Positions 30,771-40,508 of a stretch of DNA of 64,000 nucleotides are shown in pieces. The stretch comes from an uncultured Gammaproteobacteria bacterium (lineage in GTDB: Bacteria > Pseudomonadota > Gammaproteobacteria > GCA-002705445 > GCA-002716945): the NCBI GenBank assembly GCA_902628335.1, contig CACOMO010000004.1, positions 52,877-116,876 of the forward strand, in the 5' to 3' direction. Positions within the stretch are counted from its first letter, which is position 1, and every line of letters begins with the position of its first letter. A program made the translations under genes and the position numbers. Below the pieces are notes generated by a model. The model was not told the DNA's origin and made no database searches. It worked only from the letters and a program-made list of their open reading frames with translations.

Positions 30771-31531
30771 TGTCATATACAAAGAGAATTATTCCGTGCT
30801 TAGATATAGATGATGGAAGGGTTGTTAAAGGAGTAAATTTTGTTGATATAAAAGATGCAGGAGATCCTGTTGAAGTTGCAAAAAAATATGATTTAATGGG
30901 AGCTGACGAATTAGTTTTTCTTGATATCACTGCAACTCATCAAGATAGAAAAACAATAGTAAACACAGTTGAAAATGTTGCGAATGAAGTATTTATCCCT
31001 CTCACAGTTGGTGGAGGAGTTTCTGGATATAATGATGTTTTAACTTTACTAAAAGCTGGAGCAGATAAGGTAGCAATCAATAGTGCTGCTGTCGAAAATC
31101 CTGATCTGATTAATGAGGTAACTTCAAAAATTGGTAGCCAATGTATTGTTGCTGCAATTGATGCAAAATTTACATCTGACGGTATTTGGAAAGTTTTTAC
31201 TCATGGTGGGAGAAAAGAGACAGGTATTGATGCACTAGAATGGGCCAAGGAACTCAATGATAGAGGTGCCGGTGAGTTACTGATCACCAGTATGGATCGT
31301 GATGGTACTAAAGATGGTTTTGATAACAATTTATTAAAAGCTATTTCATCAGAAGTAACTATTCCTGTAATAGCTTCTGGAGGCGCAGGAACACTGAAAC
31401 ATATGTTAGATGCTGTAAAATTAGGTATGGCAGATGCTGTCTTGGCTGCTAGTATTTTCCATTATGAGATATTCTCTATTGAAGAAGTAAAGGAATACTT
31501 AAAAAATGAGGGGGTCTCCGTACGTATCTAG
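30770..31531 (+). CDS. hisF: Imidazole glycerol phosphate synthase cyclase subunit
   Basis: [22 protein letters not shown] and TSMDRDGT motifs. Confidence 0.97.
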   Translation: MSYTKRIIPCLDIDDGRVVKGVNFVDIKDAGDPVEVAKKYDLMGADELVFLDITATHQDRKTIVNTVENVANEVFIPLTVGGGVSGYNDVLTLLKAGADKVAINSAAVENPDLINEVTSKIGSQCIVAAIDAKFTSDGIWKVFTHGGRKETGIDALEWAKELNDRGAGELLITSMDRDGTKDGFDNNLLKAISSEVTIPVIASGGAGTLKHMLDAVKLGMADAVLAASIFHYEIFSIEEVKEYLKNEGVSVRI

Positions 31532-31553
31532 CTATTTATGATACTCTTAAGTA

Positions 31554-31886
31554 ATGAACAGCAAATCATATAGAAATATACTTGAGGACTTATTTCTAGT
31601 TTTGGAGGACAGAAAAGTAAATCCTACTAAGAACTCTTATGTCACCAGTTTATATGAAGATGGCAATAATAAAATCAATGAAAAAATACTTGAAGAGGCA
31701 CAAGAATATATAGAAGCTATAAAAAACAGCAAAAAAGACTCTATTATTCATGAAGCTGCTGATTTATGGTTCCATACTTTAGTATCATTGGCTTTGAATG
31801 ACCTTACGCCGAATGATATCCTAGAAGAGTTAGAAAGACGTTTTGGTCGATCCGGGATAGAGGAAAAAGCATCAAGAGAAAAATGA
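31554..31886 (+). CDS. hisE: Phosphoribosyl-ATP pyrophosphatase (monofunctional)
   Basis: SYV..L, KI.EEA.E, EAADLWFH and ERRFG.SGIEEK motifs. Confidence 0.93.
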   Translation: MNSKSYRNILEDLFLVLEDRKVNPTKNSYVTSLYEDGNNKINEKILEEAQEYIEAIKNSKKDSIIHEAADLWFHTLVSLALNDLTPNDILEELERRFGRSGIEEKASREK

Positions 31887-31894
31887 GGTAAAAT

Positions 31895-32086
31895 ATGTTA
31901 AGCGGAATATCACCATGGTCAATATTACTAATACTTATCATAGTAGTATTGTTATTTGGTACAAAAAAATTGAGGAATGTCGGCTCTGATTTAGGTTCGG
32001 CAATCAAAAGTTTTAAAAAATCATCAAGGGAAGAGACGCCAGACGATAAAGTCGTTACTAATAAATCATCAAAAGAAGATAAATAA
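31895..32086 (+). CDS. tatA: Twin-arginine translocase TatA
   Basis: [22 protein letters not shown]. Confidence 0.95.
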   Translation: MLSGISPWSILLILIIVVLLFGTKKLRNVGSDLGSAIKSFKKSSREETPDDKVVTNKSSKEDK

Positions 32087-32091
32087 GTCTC

Positions 32092-32352
32092 ATGTTTGAT
32101 ATTGGGTTTTGGGAATTATTCTTAATATTCATGCTACTACTATTTGTAGTTGGTCCTGAAAAATTACCAATTGTTGCAGGTTTTTTAGGCAAATGGTTTG
32201 GGAAGTTACAAAGATATTTTTTTGAACTTAAAGACTCTATTCAGCAAGAGACATCCGATACTACAGGTGAGATTAACAAAATTGTTAATGACCAGAAATC
32301 ACAGATAGAAGATCTCCAAGAAAAAATAAAAAAAGCTAATAAGGAAGATTGA
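32092..32352 (+). CDS. tatB: Twin-arginine translocase TatB
   Basis: MFDIGFWEL...VVGPEKLP. Confidence 0.93.
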   Translation: MFDIGFWELFLIFMLLLFVVGPEKLPIVAGFLGKWFGKLQRYFFELKDSIQQETSDTTGEINKIVNDQKSQIEDLQEKIKKANKED

Positions 32353-33176
32353 TTATGTCAGATAAAACTGAGTCTCAAAACTCCTACCAATCACTAGTCC
32401 CACATTTTCAAGAATTAAAAATGAGATTATCAAGATCTCTTATATTTGTTTTAATCATTTTTATTATTCTCTTTCCTTTCTCAAATGATATTTATAATCA
32501 ACTTGCAGATCCTCTAATGCGTAATTTACCCGAGAATAGTTCCATGATTGCAATAGACGTCGCATCCCCATTCTTTATTCCTTTTAAATTAGTAATGATT
32601 ATATCTATTTTTATATCCATCCCATTTCTTCTATATCATCTATGGATGTTTATCGCTCCAGGTCTTTATAAAAAAGAAAAAAAACTTGTCTTACCTATAC
32701 TTATATCAAGTAGTATACTGTTTTATCTTGGTGCTGCTTTCGCATATTTTGTTGTATTTCCACTCCTTTTTTCATTTTTTATCAGCATAGCACCAGATGG
32801 TATATCGGTTATGACTGATATTAGTAGGTATCTTGATTTTGTAATCACACTATTTTTTGCTTTCGGCTTTGCATTTGAAGTCCCTATCATTACAATTCTT
32901 TTGATTGTTACTAATGTAAGTACTGTACAAAGCCTTAAGAGAAAAAGACCATATGTTATAGTTGGCGCATTTATTGTGGGAATGCTACTAACACCACCAG
33001 ATGTAGTTTCACAGACATTATTGGCTGTTCCAATATGGATTTTGTATGAATTAGGTATTCTATTTTCAGTAATTATAAGTAAAAATAGGAAGATGTCTGA
33101 TGATGTACTTCATGATCAAATAGATAATGTAAATAATGCAAATACAAAAAGTAAATCTGGGGTAGATAATGACTAG
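32349..33176 (+). CDS. tatC: Twin-arginine translocase TatC
   Basis: H..EL..RL, W.FIAPGLY..EK, FEVP and LTPPD..SQ motifs. Confidence 0.96.
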   Translation: MIMSDKTESQNSYQSLVPHFQELKMRLSRSLIFVLIIFIILFPFSNDIYNQLADPLMRNLPENSSMIAIDVASPFFIPFKLVMIISIFISIPFLLYHLWMFIAPGLYKKEKKLVLPILISSSILFYLGAAFAYFVVFPLLFSFFISIAPDGISVMTDISRYLDFVITLFFAFGFAFEVPIITILLIVTNVSTVQSLKRKRPYVIVGAFIVGMLLTPPDVVSQTLLAVPIWILYELGILFSVIISKNRKMSDDVLHDQIDNVNNANTKSKSGVDND

Positions 33177-33705
33177 ATCACTGTGGTTTGTTAGACATGC
33201 GCAATCTGAATACAATAAAAAAAAGCTTTTTACAGGTTGGCATGATCCATCGCTAACTGATCATGGCGTCGCTATGGCTAAAGAGCTTAAAAAAGAAGTA
33301 GATAGCGTGATGTTCTCACATGTATTTTCTTCTCCACTTCAGAGGGCTTATCAGACTGCTAAAATCTTAGTAGATGAAAAAAGAATTGTTATTGATGATC
33401 GCATCAAAGAGAGAAGTTATGGTGATTGGTCGGCTAAAAATAAAGATCAAGTAAAAGATATCGAGGGGGAGAATAATTATAGAGCTGCCAGGCGAGGTTG
33501 GCACACTAGCCCACCAAATGGTGAGAGTCTTAAGGATGTTGGTGATCGTGTTAAGTCTTTTCTGCAAGAATTACCCAAAGAGGGCAATATCCTAATTGTC
33601 TCACATGGTAATACTATTAGAGCAATATCTGTACTTTTTGGTATCAATACAACAGAATCTGTATCTGATTACGAAATCAAAGTTGGCACTGTCTTAAAAG
33701 TATAA
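33169..33705 (+). CDS. Histidine phosphatase / compact cofactor-dependent phosphoglycerate mutase
   Basis: RHAQSEYN...FTGW.D, ERSYG, PPNGESLKD and SHGNTIR are dPGM-type motifs; shorter than typical GpmA. Confidence 0.75.
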   Translation: MTRSLWFVRHAQSEYNKKKLFTGWHDPSLTDHGVAMAKELKKEVDSVMFSHVFSSPLQRAYQTAKILVDEKRIVIDDRIKERSYGDWSAKNKDQVKDIEGENNYRAARRGWHTSPPNGESLKDVGDRVKSFLQELPKEGNILIVSHGNTIRAISVLFGINTTESVSDYEIKVGTVLKV

Positions 33706-33725
33706 AGCCAGCATCCCTGCTGGCT
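33698..33725 (-). terminator. Intrinsic terminator hairpin, best oriented on the minus strand
   Basis: Stem AGCCAGCA/TGCTGGCT (33706-33725) with a 4-nt loop; on the minus strand it is followed by TTATACTTTT, on the plus strand only by CTACG. Confidence 0.65.
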
Positions 33726-33750
33726 CTACGAAGGAGGTATATAAGTATAT
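33698..33750 (-). ncRNA. Candidate small regulatory RNA (anti-SD tract plus GGA-loop hairpin)
   Basis: Minus strand reads TATAAT..ACTTATATACCTCCTTCGTAGAGCCAGCAGGGATGCTGGCTTTATAC; no minus-strand CDS ends nearby. Confidence 0.35.
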
Positions 33751-33793
33751 TATTATATAGTTATTAGTTTGTAAAGATAAAAATATGACTATT

Positions 33794-33814
33794 TTACCCA
33801 CATCATTACCCACA
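33794..33814. repeat. Tandem 9-bp direct repeat TTACCCACA-tca-TTACCCACA (12-bp period)
   Basis: Copies at 33794-33802 and 33806-33814. Confidence 0.8.
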
Positions 33815-33863
33815 ACTACTGAATTTCCCCATTTTGTTTAGTATTTAGTGCAAATTTAAGTAT

Positions 33864-34364
33864 TTGTCATGCAATCCTGTATCATTAATGTGCATGATAA
33901 AAAATATAATACGCAAGTTATTGAGTGCCGTTATCCCTGCTTTTTTTGCTATGCTAACTATTAGTCTTCTGGCTTATATCATATCGTTGAATATACTATC
34001 AATGATTATGGTAGTATCTTTCGGAGCTACAATGGTACTAATGTTTGGCTATCCAAAAAGCCCCTTCGCACATCCTAAGAATATACTCTTCGGACACTCT
34101 GTTACAACAATTGCTGGTATTGTTATGTGTAGTTTGTTACAGGGCCCAACTTTCTTTTTATTAGGTTTGTCTGTTGGCTTTGGAATTTATCTAATGATGA
34201 TCTTTAATGTTGTTCATCCTCCTGCAGGTGGTAACCCAATAGCTGTTGTATTAGCTAACCACACTTATGATTACTTATTACAATCAATCGTATTAGGCGC
34301 AATAATCATCATACTACTGGGATATTTTATCCATAACCTAATACTAGACAATAAATATCCATAA
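33864..34364 (+). CDS. HPP family membrane protein (start uncertain)
   Basis: SFGAT.VL.FG.P.SPFAHP.N...GH and VHPPAG motifs. Confidence 0.9.
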   Translation: MSCNPVSLMCMIKNIIRKLLSAVIPAFFAMLTISLLAYIISLNILSMIMVVSFGATMVLMFGYPKSPFAHPKNILFGHSVTTIAGIVMCSLLQGPTFFLLGLSVGFGIYLMMIFNVVHPPAGGNPIAVVLANHTYDYLLQSIVLGAIIIILLGYFIHNLILDNKYP

Positions 34365-34393
34365 ATAATAAGGAGAGGAAAACTAATAGATAA

Positions 34394-34467
34394 TGGGCCC
34401 GGGAGGACTCGAACCTCCGACCAATGGATTATGAGTCCACTGCTCTAACCAACTGAGCTACAGGCCC
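34394..34467 (-). tRNA. tRNA-Ile2 (CAU, lysidine type); CCA not encoded
   Basis: GGGCCTGTAGCTCAGTTGGTTAGAGCAGTGGACTCATAATCCATTGGTCGGAGGTTCGAGTCCTCCCGGGCCCA; GACTCATAATC anticodon arm like ileX; downstream of rpoD; followed by TTA rather than CCA. Confidence 0.9.
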
Positions 34468-34470
34468 AAA

Positions 34471-34938
34471 CTAGAAAAAGCTACTCTGCTTCTTCTTTCT
34501 AATATACTTTTGATGGTACTCTTCTGCAATCCAAAAAGAACTAGCTTCTTCGATGGTTGTAACAATGGAATTATTAAATTTTGTCTCGTTAAGTTGCTTG
34601 ATTTTGTTCTCGCTAGATAAGCGTTGGAAGTCATTTAGAAAAAAGATTGTTGATCTATATTGTGTGCCAAAATCTGGACCTTGACGATTAAGTGTAGTCG
34701 GGTCATGAATCTTAAAAAAGATATCCAGAAGTTCGTCATATGTTATTTCATCACTACTGTAGTGGACTCTCACTGCTTCCGCGTGATAAGTATCTCCAGC
34801 ACAAACATCTCTGTATGTAGGATTCTCTGTATTACCGCCAATGTAGCCTACTTCAGTTTCTTTAACACCTTTTGTGGATAGAAATTTTTCTTCTATTCCC
34901 CAAAAACAACCAGCTGCGAAGATTGCAATGTCAGTCAT
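34471..34938 (-). CDS. msrA: Peptide-methionine (S)-S-oxide reductase
   Basis: GCFWG, HAEAV, HDPT..NRQG.D.GTQYRS and AEEYHQ.Y motifs. Confidence 0.97.
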   Translation of the reverse strand: MTDIAIFAAGCFWGIEEKFLSTKGVKETEVGYIGGNTENPTYRDVCAGDTYHAEAVRVHYSSDEITYDELLDIFFKIHDPTTLNRQGPDFGTQYRSTIFFLNDFQRLSSENKIKQLNETKFNNSIVTTIEEASSFWIAEEYHQKYIRKKKQSSFF

Positions 34939-36832
34939 TATCTAAAAAACTTTTCAGATTATGTGCTCTAGAGGGGTGTCTGAGTTTTCTTAGTGCTTTA
35001 GCTTCAATCTGTCTAATTCTCTCTCTAGTAACATCAAATTGCTTACCAACTTCCTCTAAGGTATGGTCAGTATTCATATCAATCCCAAATCTCATACGTA
35101 GTACTTTTGCTTCTCTTGGAGTTAGGCTTGATAGTATGTCGCGTGTTGAATCAGATAAGCCACTATTGATTGTCTCATCCAGTGGTTTCTCAGCGTTCTC
35201 ATCTTCTATAAAATCTCCTAGATGCGAATCCTCGTCATCACCTACTGGTGATTCCATAGAAATAGGTTCTTTTGCAATCTTCAAAACACGTCTTACTTTA
35301 TCTTCTGGCATCTCCATATGTACTGACAGCTCTTCTGGGGTAGCTTCTTTGCCATTTTCTTGTAATAGTTTTCGTTGAATTCTATTTAACTTGTTAATTG
35401 TCTCAATCATGTGCACAGGTATTCTGATAGTCCTTGCTTGATCTGCAATAGATCGTGTAATTGCTTGTCGTATCCACCAAGTTGCATATGTAGAGAACTT
35501 GTAACCTCTTCTATACTCAAACTTGTCAACCGCTTTCATTAAGCCTATATTTCCCTCTTGGATAAGATCTAAAAACTGTAAGCCTCTATTGGTATATTTT
35601 TTTGCTATTGATATCACTAATCTTAAATTCGCCTCTACCATCTCCTTCTTAGCATTTCTCTCTTTGAGCTCACCGCTACGTCTCTCTTTATTAATTTTCT
35701 TGATCTCTGCAATTGTTATATCTTGATCGTCTTCTATTGATTTAAGTTTTTTTTGATATTTTGTAATTTGACTTTTCGCAAGTTCTAAATCAGCTTTGTT
35801 TAATTTAGATTTCTTGATATATCCATCTATGAAAGTCATGTCATCAACACCATCTTTTAAATACGTTATCAATTCTTTTTTAGGGATATTCAGTGTTCCC
35901 ATACATATTTTGACAATCTCTTTTTCATATCTTGTAATCACTGAGGTTATCTTTTCGATTCTCTGTGTTAACTTCTCTTTAAACAAACTCGTAAATTTGA
36001 AGTTAGATATCTTGCTTTTTAATTCCTCAAAAGCTTTTTTATATTTTTTATTATTTTTCTTTTTAAAAGTACAATACTCTAAATAAAGACCATTAATCTC
36101 ATTTACAGATCTGATAACAAGTTCTTTATCAATGGATGAGTCAATCACTTCTTCATCAGAATCATCATCAACATCACTAACATCCTCTATGTCCGTTGTG
36201 TCGGCCTTCGCATCATTTTTGATATCGTCATCTTTAATTACTTGAGCGTTGTTAGGTATCTGATCACTTTTAAATTCCTCTTCATTGTCATTTTTTATAT
36301 CCAGTATATAATCTGCAACTAGTGAGTCTATTTCGTCTTCGTCCTCTATATTCTCAAATACTTCTGTGAAAAACGCTGCTGATTCTGGAAAGCATTGAAT
36401 CGCTTGATAGACCAGTTTTTGCCCCTCTTCAATTTTTTTTGCTATTATGATTTCACCAGCTCTGTTGAGAAGCTCAACAGTGCCCATTTCCCTCATATAC
36501 ATTCTCACTGGATCAGATGTTCGCCCAAATTCTTCATCCAAAGTTGAGAGAACTTCCACAGCCTCGTCGACAGTTAAATCACTATCCTCATCGTCTGATA
36601 TTTCGTCATCATTTAAGATCGGCTCCTCGTTTGCTTCTTTAGAGGAGTCTACTACTTTGATCTTAAGGTCGGTTATTATTTTGGTGACTTGATCGATCTG
36701 GTCTTGTTCAAACTGATTATTTGGAAGAAGATCGTTTATATCAGAAACAGTTAAAAATCCCTGCTTCCTGCCCTTTTCAATAAGCTCCTCAATCTTATTC
36801 TGTTTTGATTTCGATAAATTTGAATTGGTCAT
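34931..36832 (-). CDS. rpoD: RNA polymerase sigma-70 factor RpoD
   Basis: [36 protein letters not shown] and [16 protein letters not shown] motifs. Confidence 0.99.
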   Translation of the reverse strand: MTNSNLSKSKQNKIEELIEKGRKQGFLTVSDINDLLPNNQFEQDQIDQVTKIITDLKIKVVDSSKEANEEPILNDDEISDDEDSDLTVDEAVEVLSTLDEEFGRTSDPVRMYMREMGTVELLNRAGEIIIAKKIEEGQKLVYQAIQCFPESAAFFTEVFENIEDEDEIDSLVADYILDIKNDNEEEFKSDQIPNNAQVIKDDDIKNDAKADTTDIEDVSDVDDDSDEEVIDSSIDKELVIRSVNEINGLYLEYCTFKKKNNKKYKKAFEELKSKISNFKFTSLFKEKLTQRIEKITSVITRYEKEIVKICMGTLNIPKKELITYLKDGVDDMTFIDGYIKKSKLNKADLELAKSQITKYQKKLKSIEDDQDITIAEIKKINKERRSGELKERNAKKEMVEANLRLVISIAKKYTNRGLQFLDLIQEGNIGLMKAVDKFEYRRGYKFSTYATWWIRQAITRSIADQARTIRIPVHMIETINKLNRIQRKLLQENGKEATPEELSVHMEMPEDKVRRVLKIAKEPISMESPVGDDEDSHLGDFIEDENAEKPLDETINSGLSDSTRDILSSLTPREAKVLRMRFGIDMNTDHTLEEVGKQFDVTRERIRQIEAKALRKLRHPSRAHNLKSFLDND

Positions 36833-36860
36833 AAGATACTATGTTAATCAAAAATGATGT

Positions 36861-36869
36861 ATTATATCA
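36861..36869 (-). promoter_or_regulatory. Extended -10 promoter element (TGnTATAAT) for rpoD
   Basis: Minus strand TGATATAAT, 28 nt upstream of the rpoD ATG. Confidence 0.55.
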
Positions 36870-36945
36870 TCAACACCTATATTAAAACAATTAATGATAA
36901 TGTATATATGATAATCGAGCAAGTGGGGTTATTCAATTATTTGAG

Positions 36946-37500
36946 ATGGTAGAGTTAACCACTCCAGTGTGTAATTTTGGTGAAAAGCCTCATGATTTTG
37001 ATCTACTAGGCGTAGATGGTAACTACTGGTCATTGGATAAGTGCATGGGCAGAAATGGCTTATTGGTAATGTTTATTTGCAACCACTGCCCATATGTGTT
37101 GGCAATTTTAGAAAAATTAGTCGTGGAAACTGATGTGCTTTCAATGAAGGGTATGAATTCTGTTGCAATTATGCCTAACGACACTGCATCATATCCCGAC
37201 GATTCTTTTGAAAACATGAAAATAATTTCAAAGAAATTTGGGTTTGGTTTTCCATATTTGTTTGATGAATCTCAATCGGTAACACAAAAGTTTGGGGCGA
37301 TATGTACTCCTGATTTTTTTGGTTATAATGTCGAGCGTGAGCTTCAGTATCGTGGAAGATTTGATGATAGAGGTGCGAAAAAAAATAATAATCCTAATCA
37401 AAGTGATCTCTTTAAAGCGATGTTCGCTATAACAAGAACAAAAAAAGGGCCAGAACTTCAGCATCCTAGTGTTGGTTGCTCTATTAAGTGGAGAAAATGA
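36946..37500 (+). CDS. Thioredoxin-like AhpC/TSA family protein
   Basis: FICNHCPYV, YPDDSFENM, ICTPDFF and PSVGCSIKW motifs. Confidence 0.9.
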   Translation: MVELTTPVCNFGEKPHDFDLLGVDGNYWSLDKCMGRNGLLVMFICNHCPYVLAILEKLVVETDVLSMKGMNSVAIMPNDTASYPDDSFENMKIISKKFGFGFPYLFDESQSVTQKFGAICTPDFFGYNVERELQYRGRFDDRGAKKNNNPNQSDLFKAMFAITRTKKGPELQHPSVGCSIKWRK

Positions 37501-37503
37501 TTA

Positions 37504-39504
37504 ATGAAATCAATTGAATTTTCAAACGCAATAAGGTTTCTAAGTGTTGATGCCGTAGAGAGAGCTCAATCAGGTCATCCTGGTGCTCCGATGGGCATGG
37601 CAGATATTGCATATGTGTTATGGAAAAAATTTTTGAAACATAACCCTACTAACCCAGATTGGCTCAACCGAGACCGTTTTGTTTTATCTAATGGTCATGG
37701 ATCCATGCTATTATATTCACTGCTTCATCTAACAGGATATAGAGTTTCCATTAATGATCTAAAAAATTTTCGACAACTTAACTCAATCACACCAGGTCAT
37801 CCGGAGTGTGATATTACACCTGGCGTAGAGACAACTACCGGTCCACTTGGTCAAGGTCTAGCAAATGGTGTAGGTATGGCAATAGCAGAAAAATCCCTCA
37901 GTCGAGAGTTTAATAAACCCAATTTAAAAATTATAGATCATTGGACATATGTTTTCGCTGGCGACGGTTGTTTAATGGAAGGTGTTTCTCATGAATCTTG
38001 CTCCTTAGCTGGAACACTTGGTTTAAACAAACTAATTCTATTTTACGATATGAACAGAATTTCAATAGATGGAGACACTTCTCTTGCATATACTGAAGAC
38101 GTAAAAAAACGTTTCCAATCCTATGATTGGAATGTAATTGATAATATTGATGGTCACAATTTTAAATCTATTGAAAAATCCATACGTGATGCAAAGAGAG
38201 AGAAGTTACGACCAACTTTAATATGTATGAGAACCAAGATAGGCTATGGCTCACCCAACAAGGAGGGTACAAGTTCCGTTCATGGCGCACCACTTGGCCC
38301 TGATGAAACAAGATTAACCAGAGAGGCCCTTAACTGGCCATATAAGCCATTTGAGATACCAAAAAAAATATATGATAAATGGGATTGTAAGTCATCTGGT
38401 AAAAAATTTGAGACACAGTGGAACAAATTGCTCAAAAAATATAAAAAATTATACCCAAGTTTATATAAAGAATTGATGAGACGAAGAACATGTAAGATAA
38501 ATAAAAGAGTCTCGACTGTACTGAAAAACTTAAGTTCGAAACATACAAAACCTCTTGCGACCAGAAAATGTTCGCAAATTGCTTTGGAGTCTATAGGTAA
38601 ATTCTTACCAGAATTAATTGGCGGCTCTGCTGATCTCAAGGAATCTAATTTAACTTTTTGGTCAGGGTCGAAGGCCATTAATAAGAAGGATTTTACCGGA
38701 AAATATATCCACTACGGTGTTCGGGAGTTTGCAATGTCGGCAATCAACAACGGAATTTCACTACATGGTTGCTTTAAAGTGTATGCGAGTACTTTTCTTA
38801 TTTTTTCTGAATATGCGAAGAATGCGATTAGAATGTCATCTTTGATGCATTTACCTGTTATTTATATATTTACGCATGACTCTGTCGGTCTAGGGGAGGA
38901 CGGGCCAACACATCAATCCGTCGAACAGCTCAACTCGTTACGTTTAATCCCAAAGATGAATGTATGGAGGCCAGCGGATCTGCATGAAACCGCAATAGCA
39001 TGGGAATCTGCATTAGGCCAAGATAACTCTCCTACATCAATAGTTTTGTCAAGACAGGGGCTCCCACAAGTAGAAAGATCAGCCAATCAAAAATTGCTTG
39101 TCCGAAAAGGTGGTTATATAGTTCATGATTCAAAAAAAAGAGCTCAAGCGATAATTATCTCTAGTGGCTCTGAATTGAACATTTGCATAAATGCAGCTAG
39201 TAAGCTTAAAGAGGAGAATATCCATGTAAGAGTAGTCTCTATGCCATGCATAGAATTATTCTTATCTCAACCAAAGTCATATCGTCAAAATGTATTGCCT
39301 GATATTGATAATATAATGGCCGTTGAAGCTGGTGTAGGCGATTGTTGGGATAAATTCGTCGGAAAGCATGGTGCTAAAGTAGTCATGAATTCATTCGGAC
39401 TCTCTGCTCCTGGTGGTCAAGTACTCAAACACTTTGGATTTTCTGAAAAGAATATCATCAAACAACTGAAGAATTTAATTAAAAAAAACAGGAAGAGAAA
39501 ATGA
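37504..39504 (+). CDS. tkt: Transketolase
   Basis: [27 protein letters not shown] and [14 protein letters not shown] motifs. Confidence 0.98.
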   Translation: MKSIEFSNAIRFLSVDAVERAQSGHPGAPMGMADIAYVLWKKFLKHNPTNPDWLNRDRFVLSNGHGSMLLYSLLHLTGYRVSINDLKNFRQLNSITPGHPECDITPGVETTTGPLGQGLANGVGMAIAEKSLSREFNKPNLKIIDHWTYVFAGDGCLMEGVSHESCSLAGTLGLNKLILFYDMNRISIDGDTSLAYTEDVKKRFQSYDWNVIDNIDGHNFKSIEKSIRDAKREKLRPTLICMRTKIGYGSPNKEGTSSVHGAPLGPDETRLTREALNWPYKPFEIPKKIYDKWDCKSSGKKFETQWNKLLKKYKKLYPSLYKELMRRRTCKINKRVSTVLKNLSSKHTKPLATRKCSQIALESIGKFLPELIGGSADLKESNLTFWSGSKAINKKDFTGKYIHYGVREFAMSAINNGISLHGCFKVYASTFLIFSEYAKNAIRMSSLMHLPVIYIFTHDSVGLGEDGPTHQSVEQLNSLRLIPKMNVWRPADLHETAIAWESALGQDNSPTSIVLSRQGLPQVERSANQKLLVRKGGYIVHDSKKRAQAIIISSGSELNICINAASKLKEENIHVRVVSMPCIELFLSQPKSYRQNVLPDIDNIMAVEAGVGDCWDKFVGKHGAKVVMNSFGLSAPGGQVLKHFGFSEKNIIKQLKNLIKKNRKRK

Positions 39505-40508
39505 GTATAAAAGTTGCAATTAATGGGTTCGGAAGAATTGGTAGAAATATTCTTAGGGCTAAATATGAATCATCTGAATATGATGGCATAGATATAGTAG
39601 CTATAAATGATTTAGGTGACAGCAGTATTAATGCACACCTGCTTGAATATGATACAGCACATGGAAAATTCAAGATGGATATAAATTCAAGTGAGGACGA
39701 GATTGTCATCAATAAAAAAGATAAAATTAGAGTACTGAGTGAGAGGAATCCTGAAAATCTCCCATGGGGTGATTTAGACGTTGACGTAGTTCATGAGTGC
39801 ACTGGATTTTTTGCATCGAAAGAAGCCTCTTTGGCACACATTAAATCAGGAGCTAAGAGAGTAATAATTTCAGCGCCTGCAAAAAATGTCGATGCAACAG
39901 TAGTATATGGTGTGAATCATCACACATTAAATAATAAGCATATAGTCATATCTAATGCATCATGCACGACTAATTGTTTGGCGACTCTCATTAAAAATGT
40001 ACATGATGAGTTAACAATTACCAATGGACTCATGACAACAATTCATGCTTATACAAACGATCAGGTTTTGACAGATGTTTATCATACAGATTTAAGGAGA
40101 GCTAGATCAGCAACGCAATCAATGATTCCTACTAAAACTGGAGCAGCATCTGCAGTTGGCCTTGTTTTACCTGAGCTTAATGGAAAACTCGATGGGTTTG
40201 CAATTCGGGTTCCTACAATAAATGTCTCAATCGTAGATCTTTGTTTTAATACAGAAAAAAAATCAACTATTGACGAAATAAATCTTATTATTAAAAAAGC
40301 ATCAGAGTCTAATTTAAAAAATATACTTGGATATAATTCTAAACCATTAGTATCGATTGATTTTAATCATTCATCTTATTCATCTGTTTATGATGAGAGT
40401 TTAACGAGAATGATGGATGACAAATTCTTTAAGATATGTGCTTGGTATGATAATGAATGGGGATTCTCAAACAGAATGCTTGATGTTACGAAAACTTTGT
40501 TGAAATAA
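39501..40508 (+). CDS. gap: Glyceraldehyde-3-phosphate dehydrogenase
   Basis: [19 protein letters not shown] and WYDNEWG motifs. Confidence 0.97.
   Translation: MSIKVAINGFGRIGRNILRAKYESSEYDGIDIVAINDLGDSSINAHLLEYDTAHGKFKMDINSSEDEIVINKKDKIRVLSERNPENLPWGDLDVDVVHECTGFFASKEASLAHIKSGAKRVIISAPAKNVDATVVYGVNHHTLNNKHIVISNASCTTNCLATLIKNVHDELTITNGLMTTIHAYTNDQVLTDVYHTDLRRARSATQSMIPTKTGAASAVGLVLPELNGKLDGFAIRVPTINVSIVDLCFNTEKKSTIDEINLIIKKASESNLKNILGYNSKPLVSIDFNHSSYSSVYDESLTRMMDDKFFKICAWYDNEWGFSNRMLDVTKTLLK

Noticed and set aside
33780-33860. oriC suggested by DnaA-box-like 9-mers in AT-rich DNA
   Set aside because: Only two boxes, each mismatched at a conserved position, and none of dnaA, gidA or parAB is nearby.
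34369-34434. SD-like AAGGAGAGG followed by an ATG at 34393
   Set aside because: The spacing is too long and the ORF is only 13 codons, antisense to the tRNA.
34394-34467. tRNA-Met or tRNA-fMet call from the CAT anticodon
   Set aside because: It has a paired 1:72 position, lacks the three G-C anticodon-stem pairs of fMet, and the arm resembles ileX-type tRNA-Ile2.
34872-35378. 168-aa plus-strand ORF and other ORFs antisense to rpoD
   Set aside because: Typical antisense shadows of the conserved rpoD frame; no independent signals.
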